Positions 1 through 11,118 are shown, counted from the stretch's first letter. The stretch: 64,000 bases of DNA from Candidatus Margulisiibacteriota bacterium (GCA_042577445.1 JBHPDX010000001.1:6614-70613), one strand, 5' to 3'. Notes: a model not told the origin generated them from the letters alone. Translations and numbers: made by a program.

Positions 1-907
<907 letters not shown>

Positions 908-1357
908 TTATTTTTTCTTGTTCGGATTTAACCCGCACCAGTCATTTTCGCACTTAGGGCAGGCTGTCTGGCTGTGCTGTAGGAACCAACTTGTGACAAT
1001 GATCAAATATATAAATATAAGCAGCCAGCTTTGATAATAGAGCAGAAAGGGAATAGGGAACAGGGCTACCAAAAGCCATAGCGATGCGCAGATAGAATCA
1101 TCCGGATCGATGGGCCCCATATGCCTGCTCTTGAACAATTTTTTTGCAAGCATGCCGCCGGAGATGTAGCAATTCTCTCCGTAATGTTTACATCTTGTAC
1201 AGTAAAGATAAGTATGCATTATGATAACGCCGATGGAGAACGCCGCATATATGTACGGTAAGAGATTGTTGTGTACATATAATGTGAATATACCAAAGCC
1301 TATCCAAGCAATAAGCCCGATAATATTAAGTATGCGATCAAGTGGGTTCCATCTCAT
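908..1357 (-). CDS. small Cys-rich integral membrane protein of about 149 aa with four predicted TM helices; function unknown; embedded in the ilv operon
   Basis: Translation MRWNPLDRILNIIGLIAWIGFGIF... contains four hydrophobic helices. It carries a CTRCKHYGENC cluster after TM2 and a CPKCENDWC cluster at the C-terminus. Its start lies 7 nt after the ilvN stop and its stop 15 nt before the ilvC start. The start is set at the internal Met because the longer ORF would overlap ilvN. Confidence 0.6.
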   Translation of the reverse strand: MRWNPLDRILNIIGLIAWIGFGIFTLYVHNNLLPYIYAAFSIGVIIMHTYLYCTRCKHYGENCYISGGMLAKKLFKSRHMGPIDPDDSICASLWLLVALFPIPFLLYYQSWLLIFIYLIIVTSWFLQHSQTACPKCENDWCGLNPNKKK

Positions 1358-1364
1358 ATTGGGG

Positions 1365-1844
1365 TTACTCTGTTCCTCGCTGCAGGGCGATCTTCCCTGT
1401 TCTAACAAGTTCCTTTATCCCGAATTTTTCAAGAAGTTTCTTAAAACCTTCTACTTTTTCAGAATCTCCGGTGATCTCAATTATTATCGAATCTTCGGCA
1501 ACATCAACTATGTGTCCTTTGTACATATCAATCAGCTCGGTCAGCTCTTTTCGGGTACTTGTTGGAGCGTTAACTCTTAATAATATTAATTCTCTATCAA
1601 TTATATTATCTTTTGGAATATCAAATACTCGAATAACATCTATAAGCTTATATAATTGTTTAGTGATCTGTTCAAGAACTTTGTCATCACCGGCTACAAC
1701 GATCGTCATACGTGAGATCGATTCGTCCTCTGTTGTTCCTACAGCAAGACTTTCTATATTAAAGCCTCTTCTGCTGAAAAGGCTTGCTGCCTTTTGCAGA
1801 ACACCCGGTTTATTCTCTACTAATACTGATAATGTGTGCTTCAT
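1365..1844 (-). CDS. ilvN: acetolactate synthase small (regulatory) subunit
   Basis: 159 aa. MKHTLSVLVENKPGVLQKAASLFSRRGFNIESLAVG is the ACT domain typical of IlvH/IlvN. The gene lies immediately downstream of ilvB. Confidence 0.9.
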   Translation of the reverse strand: MKHTLSVLVENKPGVLQKAASLFSRRGFNIESLAVGTTEDESISRMTIVVAGDDKVLEQITKQLYKLIDVIRVFDIPKDNIIDRELILLRVNAPTSTRKELTELIDMYKGHIVDVAEDSIIIEITGDSEKVEGFKKLLEKFGIKELVRTGKIALQRGTE

Positions 1845-1852
1845 ATTTTCAC

Positions 1853-3529
1853 CTAATCCAATAACATTTGATTGATCGGTTGACCTGGAAGAACGAACGG
1901 TAATACATTTTCTTCTCTTTCAATTTTTATAACGATAAAAGTTGGCCTATCTTTAATGGTCAACGATTCATCAATAGCTTTTCGTACATCTTCTTTTTTT
2001 GTAACAAGAATTCCTTTTGCACCATAAGCTTCCGCAACCTTGATAAGGTTAGGATTATCGCAAAGATCCGTTGCTGAATATCTTTTATCATGTATAACTT
2101 CCTGCCATTGTCTTACCATTCCTAGGAAACCGTTATCCAATACAACTATCTTAATGGGTAGTTTATTGTTAACAGCTGTTGTTAACTCTTGAATGTTCAT
2201 TTGTATGCTTCCGTCACCGGCAATATTGAATACAGTTTTATCAGGGCGACCAAGCTGTGCTCCATTTGCAGCTGGTAGGCCGTATCCCATTGTTCCAAGC
2301 CCACCGGAAGATATCCATGTTCTTGGTTTTGTGAACTTATAGAACTGAGCTGCCCACATTTGGCTTTGTCCTACTTCTGTTACGATAATTGCATCACCTT
2401 TTGTAGCCTCATATATTTGTTCAATAACATATTGAGGTTTGATCTTTTTTGAATCTTTATATGATAATGGATATTTCTTTTTCCATTCAGTTATCTGATC
2501 TATCCAAGCCTGATGATTGTCTTTCCTTGAGGCTTTTTCAAACATCTTCTTTAAAATATATTTTGCATCACCAACGATAGGTATATGTGTCTCAACATTC
2601 TTGCCGATCTCAGCCGGATCAATATCTATATGAAGGATCTTTGCATTCGGTGCAAAGTGAGCTATCTTTCCGGTTACCCTGTCATCAAATCTTGCTCCTA
2701 CGCATATTAAAAGATCACAATCGGTGATCGCATAGTTCGCATAAGCTGTTCCGTGCATTCCGGGCATACCAAGGGCTAGTTCATGAGTTTCCGGGAAGCA
2801 ACCTTTACCCATAAATGTATTTGTTACGGGGATATGATACTTGATCGCCAGATCAGTTAATTCTTTTGATGCTCCTGAAGCGATCACGCCGCCCCCGGCA
2901 TAAATTACAGGTTTTTTTGATTCAGAAATAGCCTTTGTTCCTAAATCGATCTGTCTTGGATGACCTTTTGTTGTTGGTTTATAGCTTGGAAGATCAACTT
3001 TTTCAGGATATTTGAACTTACATGTTTTCATTTGAGCATCTTTTGTGATATCAATAACAACAGGACCCGGTCTTCCTGTTCTTGCTATATGAAATGCTTC
3101 TTTTATTACTCGCGGGATCTCTTCAATATCTTTTACAAGATAATTATGTTTTGTAATAGGGGATGTAATCCCTATTACATCAACTTCTTGAAATGAATCT
3201 CTACCAAGAAGAGGTGCTCCTACTTGACCGGTTATAGCAACCATAGGAATTGAATCCATATACGCAGTAGCTATTCCAGTGATCAGATTAGTGGCACCAG
3301 GTCCTGAAGTGCCTATGCAAACACCAACTTTTCCTGTTGCCCTTGCATATCCGTCTGCTGCATGTGCTCCGCCTTGTTCGTGACGCACTAATATATGTTT
3401 AATTGCCTTTTCGGAGTAAAGTGCATCATAAATAGGCATAACCGTTCCGCCTGGGTATCCGAAGATAAGGTCTACGCCTTCTTTTTTAAGTGACTCTATT
3501 ATTGCTTGCGCGCCGGTCATCTCGCTCAT
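1853..3529 (-). CDS. ilvB: acetolactate synthase large subunit (TPP-dependent)
   Basis: MSEMTGAQAIIESLKKEGVDLIFGYPGG...GDGSIQMNIQELTT shows the TPP-binding GDG motif. The start is set at the internal Met at 3527-3529, which has a GGAG RBS. The upstream extension of the ORF is not conserved-looking. Confidence 0.9.
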   Translation of the reverse strand: MSEMTGAQAIIESLKKEGVDLIFGYPGGTVMPIYDALYSEKAIKHILVRHEQGGAHAADGYARATGKVGVCIGTSGPGATNLITGIATAYMDSIPMVAITGQVGAPLLGRDSFQEVDVIGITSPITKHNYLVKDIEEIPRVIKEAFHIARTGRPGPVVIDITKDAQMKTCKFKYPEKVDLPSYKPTTKGHPRQIDLGTKAISESKKPVIYAGGGVIASGASKELTDLAIKYHIPVTNTFMGKGCFPETHELALGMPGMHGTAYANYAITDCDLLICVGARFDDRVTGKIAHFAPNAKILHIDIDPAEIGKNVETHIPIVGDAKYILKKMFEKASRKDNHQAWIDQITEWKKKYPLSYKDSKKIKPQYVIEQIYEATKGDAIIVTEVGQSQMWAAQFYKFTKPRTWISSGGLGTMGYGLPAANGAQLGRPDKTVFNIAGDGSIQMNIQELTTAVNNKLPIKIVVLDNGFLGMVRQWQEVIHDKRYSATDLCDNPNLIKVAEAYGAKGILVTKKEDVRKAIDESLTIKDRPTFIVIKIEREENVLPFVLPGQPINQMLLD

Positions 3530-3554
3530 TTCAGTACCACTCCTATAAAGACAG

Positions 3555-3583
3555 ATTTTACAATTATAGGTGAATATAGTCAA
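3555..3583 (-). promoter_or_regulatory. sigma70-like promoter for the ilvB-ilvN-x-ilvC operon (TTGACT, 17-nt spacer, TAAAAT)
   Basis: On the minus strand the -35 TTGACT lies at 3583-3578, a 17-nt spacer follows, and the -10 TAAAAT lies at 3560-3555. The ilvB ATG is about 25 nt downstream, so the leader is short and leaves no room for an attenuator or T-box. Confidence 0.4.
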
Positions 3584-3648
3584 ATAGAAACTTGGAAATT
3601 TGCGGTTTTTACCATAAAAATTAACGATATATATATAAGGAGAAAACA

Positions 3649-4932
3649 ATGGGATGGAATGTAAGAATTAGTGCTAATGCTCCTTTGGGCAAGCATTTAA
3701 AACTGTTAGGCGTTGCTTCTAAAAATGCCGTATCCTTACCAAAAAGTGATTATGTGCGGCTATTTCAGTATTCCAGGAGCTTTTTCCAGAATATACCTGA
3801 TGAGGCTTGCTGGTTATCAAGGTGCTCTAAGCCGGGGAGATATGAATTCAACAGTGCGAAGCATGTTTTATCGAGCCTGCTTAATGTTAGCAGTATCAAT
3901 ATCTCATTTACAGGCGGTAACCCCGTTGTAATTGACAAATCCAGGAGTGAGATTGTGGGGCTGCATCAGGGAAACCGCTTAGCTTTCCTGAAAAACATAG
4001 AATGGTCATGCACTTTTATTAATCAAATGCCCACTGATTTGAAAGTTGCCATATTCAGACAAAAATTGAGCGAACAGCCTGGTTATTCAAGCTTTATCTC
4101 TGAAATGGGGCCGGGATATGAATTAATAGATGTAAAAGATCTTTCCTCAGGCAGATATATCGGCCAGGGGAGCGTCTATAAATTAATATTCATAGATAGG
4201 AATACAAGAGCAACTGTTGCATATGTTTTACGGCAGCCAGTGAAGAGCAGTATTCCCATAAAGAAACCTGTTAATGAGGAGTTTTACAGCCGCTATTCGG
4301 AATTATTTGAAAAGAAACCTTATTGGGCAAGATTATATAATGGCCTGGTTTTTGCCGAGTTTGTAGAGGGGATCGAGTCAGGAAAGCTTATTGATGAATT
4401 GCAGATAAGGCGGGAATATCAACATCTGGAGGAAGAACTGATAGCTTCATTCGCCTATCAGGCGGCTCTTGCGGACGCTGTTTTAAAGGGGGATCGCGAC
4501 ATTGGATTTTCTGGAGTAAATGATAGTGAAGCTCCCGGGAACTATAAGATCGAGTTAAGTTCTGACGGCAGGCATATAGTAAGGGTAGTTTCGATCGATA
4601 ATGAATATGTGTTCAATAGAAAAGATAGATTCACGCTTGAATCTGCGGATAAGGGTTATATTGAAATGAGCTTTCTAACTTTGCTCTCTGAATATCGAAA
4701 TTTGGATCAGAGGGCAGCGCTTTTCAATAAATTCAAGAGATACTATAAAGAAATGAAGGCTAGGATCAGGAATGATAAAGAAACTGTCAAAGATCTGATC
4801 AGAAGGTTATACGGAGAAAAAGAAGTAAAGATCTTCGAGGCAAACCTTTCCAGAGATACCGATGTTTGGCTGGATTGGCTTTTTGAGAAGACGCAGAAAT
4901 TTTACTCACGACGAAATAGGCTATTTACTTAA
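3649..4932 (+). CDS. hypothetical protein of 427 aa with no recognisable domain
   Basis: An AAGGAG RBS lies 8 nt upstream of the ATG. The gene diverges from the ilvB promoter and its 3' end overlaps the ilvD 3' end by 8 nt. It has a glycine-rich stretch IGQGSVYKL but no kinase catalytic motifs that I can identify. Confidence 0.6.
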   Translation: MGWNVRISANAPLGKHLKLLGVASKNAVSLPKSDYVRLFQYSRSFFQNIPDEACWLSRCSKPGRYEFNSAKHVLSSLLNVSSINISFTGGNPVVIDKSRSEIVGLHQGNRLAFLKNIEWSCTFINQMPTDLKVAIFRQKLSEQPGYSSFISEMGPGYELIDVKDLSSGRYIGQGSVYKLIFIDRNTRATVAYVLRQPVKSSIPIKKPVNEEFYSRYSELFEKKPYWARLYNGLVFAEFVEGIESGKLIDELQIRREYQHLEEELIASFAYQAALADAVLKGDRDIGFSGVNDSEAPGNYKIELSSDGRHIVRVVSIDNEYVFNRKDRFTLESADKGYIEMSFLTLLSEYRNLDQRAALFNKFKRYYKEMKARIRNDKETVKDLIRRLYGEKEVKIFEANLSRDTDVWLDWLFEKTQKFYSRRNRLFT

Positions 4933-6577
4933 GCACAGCTCCAGTATTTGCAGAAGTCACATGCTTTGCGTATCTTGCCAGCCAACCGGTCTTTATCTTC
5001 GGCTGAGGGGCCTTCCAGGTTTTCTTTCTTTTGGCAAGCTCCGCATCAGAAACTTTCAAGTTCAGTGTCCTCTTCGGAATATCAATTTCGATAGTATCTC
5101 CATCTTCGATCAATGCTATCGGTCCGCCTTCCATTGCTTCGGGCGAAATATGTCCGATACAGGGACCTCTTGTCCCGCCGGAGAATCTTCCGTCAGTTAT
5201 AAGTGCAACGGAATCAGACATTCCCATTCCGGCAATTGCCGAAGTAGGGGAGAGCATTTCCCTCATACCAGGGCCGCCTTTCGGTCCCTCATATCTAATG
5301 ACAATAACCGAGCCCGCTTTTATTTTCTTCTCAACGATCGCTTTCATTGCCGTTTCTTCGCTGTTGAATGTCACGGCTTTTCCCGTGAACTTCTGTGATT
5401 TATCGGAAACGGCGATCTGCTTTACAACACATCCGTCCGGAGCAAGGTTGCCCCTCAAAACAGCAATACCGCCTTCCTTATGGTAAGCATCGCTTAATTT
5501 TCTGATAATGCTGCTGTCGAAAACCTTACCTTCAGAAGCGATCTCTTTTATTGTTTTACCGTTAACGGTTATTGCGCCGTCCAATTTAGCTTTCAAGATA
5601 TTCAGAACACCAGGTACCCCGCCCGCATACTCCAGATCTTCCAGGAAGTGGTCTCCGCCCGGTCTTAAATTCGTGATATGCGGCGTTTCTTTGCTGATCT
5701 TATCGAACAGCTCAAGCGGCAATTCGATACCGACTTCATTTGCTATTGCCGGCAAATGCAGTGCGGTGTTCGACGATCCGCCGATAGCCATATCAACCCT
5801 GATAGCATTGAGAAAAGCGCTTTTTGTCATGATCTTTTTAGGAGTTATGCCTTCTTTAACAAGCTCAACTATTCTTTCACCTGAATCATAGGCAATTCTC
5901 TTTTTCTTTGCTGAAACCGCAAGCGCGGTGCCGCAACCTGTCAGCGACATTCCAAGAGCTTCAGTTAAACACGACATAGTGTTAGCCGTGAAAAGTCCAG
6001 CGCATGATCCCGCACCGGGGCAGGCTTCCATTTCCAGGCAAGCAAGCTCTTCCGCAGTGATCTTTCCTTGTTCATAGGCTCCAGCCGCTTCAAATGTATC
6101 CCGCACAAGATCGCGTTTTTTCATCTTATACATTCCGGCGAGCATAGGTCCCGCAGTTACGATAATGCATGGAATATCCAGCCGACCGGCGGCCATAAGC
6201 ATACCGGGCGTGATCTTGTCGCAGGCTGTCAGCAGTATCAGTCCATCAAGTGCGTGGGCTTCAGCTATAGATTCGATCGAATCCGCGATAAGTTCCCTTG
6301 ATGGGAGGGAATAATGCATTCCTTTGTGACCCATGGCTATGCCGTCACATATTGCCGGAAGTCCGAATACGAAAGGAACTCCTCCGCCGGCCGAGATCCC
6401 GTTCTCAGCGGCTCTTTCGAAGTCTCTCATTGAGACATGGCCCGGTACGAGGTCAGTAAAGCTCGAAGCGATCCCGATAAAAGGCTTTTTCATGGACTTT
6501 TTTGTCACACCTGTAGCATGGAACAGTGCCCTGTTCCCGGCTCTTTCCGGCCCTTTTTTTGCTCTATCGCTTCTCAT
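4925..6577 (-). CDS. ilvD: dihydroxy-acid dehydratase
   Basis: 550 aa. [42 protein letters not shown] and the Fe-S cluster Cys motifs are typical of IlvD/EDD-family dehydratases. Confidence 0.92.
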   Translation of the reverse strand: MRSDRAKKGPERAGNRALFHATGVTKKSMKKPFIGIASSFTDLVPGHVSMRDFERAAENGISAGGGVPFVFGLPAICDGIAMGHKGMHYSLPSRELIADSIESIAEAHALDGLILLTACDKITPGMLMAAGRLDIPCIIVTAGPMLAGMYKMKKRDLVRDTFEAAGAYEQGKITAEELACLEMEACPGAGSCAGLFTANTMSCLTEALGMSLTGCGTALAVSAKKKRIAYDSGERIVELVKEGITPKKIMTKSAFLNAIRVDMAIGGSSNTALHLPAIANEVGIELPLELFDKISKETPHITNLRPGGDHFLEDLEYAGGVPGVLNILKAKLDGAITVNGKTIKEIASEGKVFDSSIIRKLSDAYHKEGGIAVLRGNLAPDGCVVKQIAVSDKSQKFTGKAVTFNSEETAMKAIVEKKIKAGSVIVIRYEGPKGGPGMREMLSPTSAIAGMGMSDSVALITDGRFSGGTRGPCIGHISPEAMEGGPIALIEDGDTIEIDIPKRTLNLKVSDAELAKRKKTWKAPQPKIKTGWLARYAKHVTSANTGAVLK

Positions 6578-6609
6578 TTTTTATTCCTTTTATGCGTAAA
6601 AGATAGGAT

Positions 6610-6637
6610 ATTATAGCACTGTAGGATATCTATTCAA
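6610..6637 (-). promoter_or_regulatory. candidate promoter for ilvD with an extended -10 (TTGAAT, 16-nt spacer, TGcTATAAT)
   Basis: The minus-strand sequence reads TTGAATagatatcctacagTGcTATAAT. It lies between the agcS stop and the ilvD start, and an AAGGA RBS follows. Confidence 0.35.
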
Positions 6638-6646
6638 GCGGAGGAT

Positions 6647-7972
6647 TCAGCCTTTAAAGTAGTTTCTCGTAAGCTTAACTGCTACCCCTGAAAGTCCTAT
6701 CAGCCCTATCAAATTCGGAAAAGCCATCAGCCCATTGGCAATATCAGCGGCGCTCCAGACCGTTATAAGCCTTGCATAGGCCCCGAGGGGGATCACGAGC
6801 ACATATAACCACCTGTAGAACCTGATAACCTTCTCCCCGAACAGATATTCCGCTCCGCGCTCGCCGTAATAACACCAGCTTATGACGGTAGAGAAGGCGA
6901 ACAGCATGATGCCGATAGTTACTATATATTCACCTATCATGGGAAGCCCAGCCGCAAAAGCCCTTGCCGTTAGAGGCGTCCCAGATACCCCCGAGTTCCA
7001 TAATCCCGAAGTAATAATGACCAGAGCGGTCATTGAACATATTATAAGGGTGTCGATCAGCGGCCCCGTCATTGCTACCAGACCTTCTCTTACCGGCTCA
7101 TTGGTCCTTGCCGCGGCATGTGCTATCGGTGCAGAACCAAGACCCGATTCGTTCGAGAAAACTCCCCGTGCCACCCCCATTCTGATCGTCATCGCCACTG
7201 TTGAGCCTAAGAATCCGCCTGTCAAGGAAGTTGGAGTAAATGCATATTTAAATATAAGATAAAAAGCGTTCGGGATCTCCCTGAAATTTATTATCAATAT
7301 AGTTACAGCTCCAAGGATATATAGTACGCACATAGTTGGAACAAGCCTGCTTGCAACATGGCCGATCCTTTTTATGCCGCCGACCACCACAAGCCATACA
7401 AGGACCGCCATTACTATTCCTGTTATCAGAGGAGTTATCTTGAATGAATGCCTAAGTGCATCTGCCACCGAATTTGACTGGACCATATTCCCGATCCCTA
7501 ATGCAGCAACTGCAGTGCAAAAAGCGAATATAACTGCCAGCCATTTCTGTCCCAATCCTTTTTCCAGGAAATACATTGGTCCTCCGCTGACCGTCCCGTC
7601 TTTATGGAAGATCCTGTAGTTCAAAGCAAGAAGACAAGATGTATATTTGGTGGCCATTCCGAAAATAGCAGTGATCCACATCCAGAAAACCGCACCCGGG
7701 CCTCCAACTGCAATAGCCGTTGCCACACCTGCAATATTGCCCGTACCGATCGTGGCGGCAAGCGCAGTGGAAAGGGCCTGAAAATGGGTAATTTCTCCTT
7801 TATCTTTGGGATCATCATATTTTCCGGATATCAATGCGAAGGCATGTGGCAGCTTCCTGGCCTGAATGAGCTTCAATCTGATGGTCAAGAATATGCCTGT
7901 TCCAACAAGAAGGACTATCGTTATGGGTCCCCACACGATATTGCTTATGTTGCTGAGAGTATTTCCTATCAT
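6647..7972 (-). CDS. agcS: alanine/glycine:cation symporter (AGCS family)
   Basis: GKYDDPKDKGEITHFQALSTALAATIGTGNIAGVATAIAVGGPGAVFWMW is the AGCS signature. The start is set at the internal Met MIGNTLSNISNIVWGP. The longer ORF reaching 8125 has an N-terminal extension that does not look conserved. Confidence 0.8.
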   Translation of the reverse strand: MIGNTLSNISNIVWGPITIVLLVGTGIFLTIRLKLIQARKLPHAFALISGKYDDPKDKGEITHFQALSTALAATIGTGNIAGVATAIAVGGPGAVFWMWITAIFGMATKYTSCLLALNYRIFHKDGTVSGGPMYFLEKGLGQKWLAVIFAFCTAVAALGIGNMVQSNSVADALRHSFKITPLITGIVMAVLVWLVVVGGIKRIGHVASRLVPTMCVLYILGAVTILIINFREIPNAFYLIFKYAFTPTSLTGGFLGSTVAMTIRMGVARGVFSNESGLGSAPIAHAAARTNEPVREGLVAMTGPLIDTLIICSMTALVIITSGLWNSGVSGTPLTARAFAAGLPMIGEYIVTIGIMLFAFSTVISWCYYGERGAEYLFGEKVIRFYRWLYVLVIPLGAYARLITVWSAADIANGLMAFPNLIGLIGLSGVAVKLTRNYFKG

Positions 7973-8232
7973 AATGTAGGGATTATCTTTTTTAACGCTA
8001 AAGATGTCAAGTCGAATGTGAAAAACAGGCCGAATTTCTTGACAAGAATTTGGCGGAATAACTGAAATTTTCCCGCTTTTTTGCCGATAAACTACTAAGC
8101 GGGGGTATACGTGACTCGTCCTCAACTGCGGGCAGGCAACATCTGCTCACCTTTTGAGCTAATAAAGGCGCTGTACCACTTGATGGCTTTGACGGTGGCC
8201 CGGCTTAAATAAAAAAGGATGGTCTTTGGATT

Positions 8233-11043
8233 ATGGTTGTTGTTACACCTTTTATAAAAGGATATAGAGCGACAAGACAAATGCACGAACTCTTTAAACC
8301 TATATCGAAGGGCAAGAGAGATCTTGTCCAGGAAGTTGTGCATGGTGTTTTCAGGGCGACCGGCGGACAATTACCGGAAAGTCATTTACCCCGTTTTTCA
8401 CAATCACTCATCAATCTCGCAGGAGTTAGTGATTGCGCGGTGAAGGGTATTACCGGAGAAAGGATCGAGGAGATATTTACTGATAATGATCTTGTTTATA
8501 CTGATAGTTTTGAAGTTATGCAGCAGGCAAAAGAGTTAATGAGAGACATTGTCAAGGCGGCCACTGTTCAAAACATATGGGGGATCGTAGGCCGAAGCAT
8601 CACGAAAATGGGAGTAAGTTCAGGTGTAAGAGGCTACGCGATAAATTCTGAGAACGGAGAAATGCAGTGCAGAGTGAGCGACGGAATAAAAGGCGGCTCC
8701 CGACACGACAACACATGGAAAGCACCGCGGGGAGAAAAAGCTCAACTGTCCTTTATCAATGATCACGTTGGAGGTATCTGCAGGCGGATCACCAGCGCCG
8801 CAAAGCGTGATTTTTTGGAGTTGCGTAGAAAGATAGGCGTTTGGCACATTGAAGACAGGGAAAAGTGGCCGGAGTACGGATTGACGAGGGAGATCGTTGC
8901 CAAGTCCCTAATGGCCAGCGGTATTGATAAGGTAAGGCCTAAAAAGATCCTTAGTACGATGACTCCGCTTGCGAAAGAACTGATCCAAAACTTGGTTGAT
9001 ATGGAAACAGATAATCTGTATTTTGGCGACGATCTGGTCGAAGCCAGGGGACAAAAGGTTTATGCGAAATTCATGCGGAAAAATAAAGCCAAGATCAAGG
9101 ACCAGAATACAAGGGCTGAACTAAAACTGGTTTATCGGTCGACCATTGATAGGATCAAGGGTGTTACAAAGGAAGCCGCTAGAACTCTCCATAACGATCC
9201 AGAAAGGATCCAATTGTGCCGAGAAACACTTAAGGAAAGGCGCATGGGCGACCTGGGACGCGTAGTAAATGATGATCTTTCTGTTTTTGAGAGAACGCTT
9301 ATCAATTACAGTGCGGCGCTTGATGATATTGAGCTGGATAAAAAAAGGTATGGTATAAAAACTGCAGGCGTTCCGGATTTTTTAAGGGAAAATTTTTATT
9401 ACATAATATCAGATGCAAATTTCAGGCCGATCGCTCTTGTTCTTGCCAATGATCATGAGGAACTTATTGCCAACCGGCGCAGTAAGAGATTATTTGAAGG
9501 AAATAAACAAAAGAGAAACTTACTGATCAATCTCTTGCGTGAAATAAGCGATACACTTGCCCTGGCACTAGATCTCAGGAGGAAAGAAAAAGAACTGACC
9601 CTTGATAAAGAACAATCAAGAATGCTGCTGAAGCTTTCCAACATCATGAACAATGAAGATTCTCCTTTGATAACCGATGAAATAACTCCCTTAACCGTTA
9701 AGGACCTCGATGATAAGGCAAAGGGCAGGCTTAATAGAGCGGCGGTTATAATAAAAGCGCTTTTCAAGAAGAACGGGGAAGAAATTGATGCGTCTATTTT
9801 GTTGGAAATAATAAAATCCGGCAGCGATGAGCAGGATAAGCCGACAGAAATGGAGATCGTTGCGACAACCAAGGTCGATCCTGAAACAAAGAAGCTCATT
9901 AAAGGTATAATCAATATTACAGGAAAAAAGGATAGTATCTCGTCCTGGGTTGCCCAGGATAAGCAGTCAGTTATGGTATCGCAGGGAAAAGTATATGAGG
10001 GTGGCAGGCAGCTTACCCAGCAGGAGATCGATGCCAAGGCAAAGACCGATCCCAAACTTCATGCCCAGATAATGCGCATCACCAGTAATCGTGAGGACAA
10101 TTTCATGTGCCTTTCTTTATTCTCCGGAATTGCAAGTGTGAGCGGCGCGGATCTAACCCAGAAGGATATGAATATTTTTGAAGCAGCAACCGGTATTATT
10201 AATCTTGCGACCAAGAATGCCCAACAGGCAGAAAAACTTGATAAGTTGTTGAAGCAGGCGCGCGATGGAATGTATATTGACCAGATAACAGAGATATTGA
10301 ACCGTAAATACTTCGAGGAAGTTTTCCCGGGTAATTTTACAGAAGCTCAGATGCAGGGAATGAAATTCTCTTTTCTTATGGCCGATCTTGACGGACTGAA
10401 GCCATTTGACGACAGGGATCATCTGGCAGGCGACTTTATTTTAAAGGAGATCGGCAGGTTCATGAGGGAGTTCATTGAAAAGAAAAAAGAAGAAGATCCT
10501 GAAAAGTATAAGAATGCTAAGCTGGCCAGATACGGCGGGGACGAATTCGCTCTCTGGTTGCCGGGGATAGGCATTGAGGAATCGAATAAGTTCGCCCTGG
10601 AACTGCAGGAATATATTGCAAATCAGGATGTTGTTCTTACGGAAGGAAGGCTGGCCGGTACCCATCGCTTTAGTCTTAGCATAGGCGTAGCAGTTAATAA
10701 GCCGGGCATGAAGTCGCATAGGGAATTGATCCATCAGGCGGACAGAGCCATGTTCTGGAGAAAGAGAAAAGGAAAGAACGGGGTCTGCGTCTGGACACAT
10801 GGTATTGAAAAGGAAGCCAATGAGATCGAAGAAAGAGAGAATGAAGCAAAAGCAAGGGCGGCAGAAAAAGCTGTAGAGAAAAAAGAATCGGCTTTAACGA
10901 TCAAACAGCTTCTGTTGAAAAGAGAGAAAGCCGAAGAAGAACAGCAGATCGAAGAAGCGCTGCATATAATGGATGATATAGTGCGATTAATGATATCTGC
11001 GACCGATTTTGATCGTGATCTGGCTGAGGTCGACGAAGGGTAA
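8233..11043 (+). CDS. large soluble protein with a C-terminal GGDEF (diguanylate cyclase) domain, an N-terminal region of about 640 aa of unknown function, and a C-terminal E/K-rich coiled-coil tail
   Basis: The GGDEF domain is full-length, including LNRKYFEEV, ADLDGLKPFDDRDHLAGDFILKEIG and RYGGDEFALWLPG. The RxxD I-site appears absent, with YKNA in its place. I see no TM helices and no PAS, GAF or REC motifs in the N-terminal part. The tail reads EANEIEERENEAKARAAEKAVEKKESA. Confidence 0.8.
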   Translation: MVVVTPFIKGYRATRQMHELFKPISKGKRDLVQEVVHGVFRATGGQLPESHLPRFSQSLINLAGVSDCAVKGITGERIEEIFTDNDLVYTDSFEVMQQAKELMRDIVKAATVQNIWGIVGRSITKMGVSSGVRGYAINSENGEMQCRVSDGIKGGSRHDNTWKAPRGEKAQLSFINDHVGGICRRITSAAKRDFLELRRKIGVWHIEDREKWPEYGLTREIVAKSLMASGIDKVRPKKILSTMTPLAKELIQNLVDMETDNLYFGDDLVEARGQKVYAKFMRKNKAKIKDQNTRAELKLVYRSTIDRIKGVTKEAARTLHNDPERIQLCRETLKERRMGDLGRVVNDDLSVFERTLINYSAALDDIELDKKRYGIKTAGVPDFLRENFYYIISDANFRPIALVLANDHEELIANRRSKRLFEGNKQKRNLLINLLREISDTLALALDLRRKEKELTLDKEQSRMLLKLSNIMNNEDSPLITDEITPLTVKDLDDKAKGRLNRAAVIIKALFKKNGEEIDASILLEIIKSGSDEQDKPTEMEIVATTKVDPETKKLIKGIINITGKKDSISSWVAQDKQSVMVSQGKVYEGGRQLTQQEIDAKAKTDPKLHAQIMRITSNREDNFMCLSLFSGIASVSGADLTQKDMNIFEAATGIINLATKNAQQAEKLDKLLKQARDGMYIDQITEILNRKYFEEVFPGNFTEAQMQGMKFSFLMADLDGLKPFDDRDHLAGDFILKEIGRFMREFIEKKKEEDPEKYKNAKLARYGGDEFALWLPGIGIEESNKFALELQEYIANQDVVLTEGRLAGTHRFSLSIGVAVNKPGMKSHRELIHQADRAMFWRKRKGKNGVCVWTHGIEKEANEIEERENEAKARAAEKAVEKKESALTIKQLLLKREKAEEEQQIEEALHIMDDIVRLMISATDFDRDLAEVDEG

Positions 11044-11068
11044 CTCGAAAAACTGATGTCATGATATC

Positions 11069-11090
11069 GGCCGTTCAATACGGCCTGTAT
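11069..11090 (+). terminator. weak hairpin downstream of the GGDEF gene (GGCCG, 7-nt loop, CGGCC, then TGTATTT)
   Basis: The 5-bp GC stem is followed by a poor T-tract. It may act as a weak terminator or have no function. Confidence 0.2.
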
Positions 11091-11118
11091 TTAAAATATC
11101 CCCCCACCATGCTATAAT
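11090..11118 (+). promoter_or_regulatory. candidate promoter for aroC with an extended -10 (TTTAAA/TTAAAA, spacer, TGcTATAAT)
   Basis: TGCTATAAT lies at 11110-11118, 33 nt upstream of the aroC ATG, and an AT-rich -35 precedes it. Confidence 0.4.

Noticed and set aside
1221-1875. Plus-strand ORFs of 119 aa and 177 aa
   Set aside because: They run antisense to ilvN and the Cys-rich membrane ORF, and their low-complexity S/P-rich translations look like noise.
2960-3196. 78-aa plus-strand ORF
   Set aside because: It runs antisense inside ilvB.
5031-5891. Several plus-strand ORFs of 68 to 178 aa
   Set aside because: All are antisense within ilvD, which has an unambiguous dehydratase frame.
8126-8232. 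Possible tRNA or small RNA in the agcS / GGDEF intergenic region
   Set aside because: No cloverleaf-compatible stems were evident. The region reads as a divergent promoter region.
9453-10055. 200-aa minus-strand Ser-rich ORF
   Set aside because: It is antisense to the middle of the GGDEF-protein gene. The S/L-rich translation is a reverse-frame artefact of K/E-rich coding sequence.
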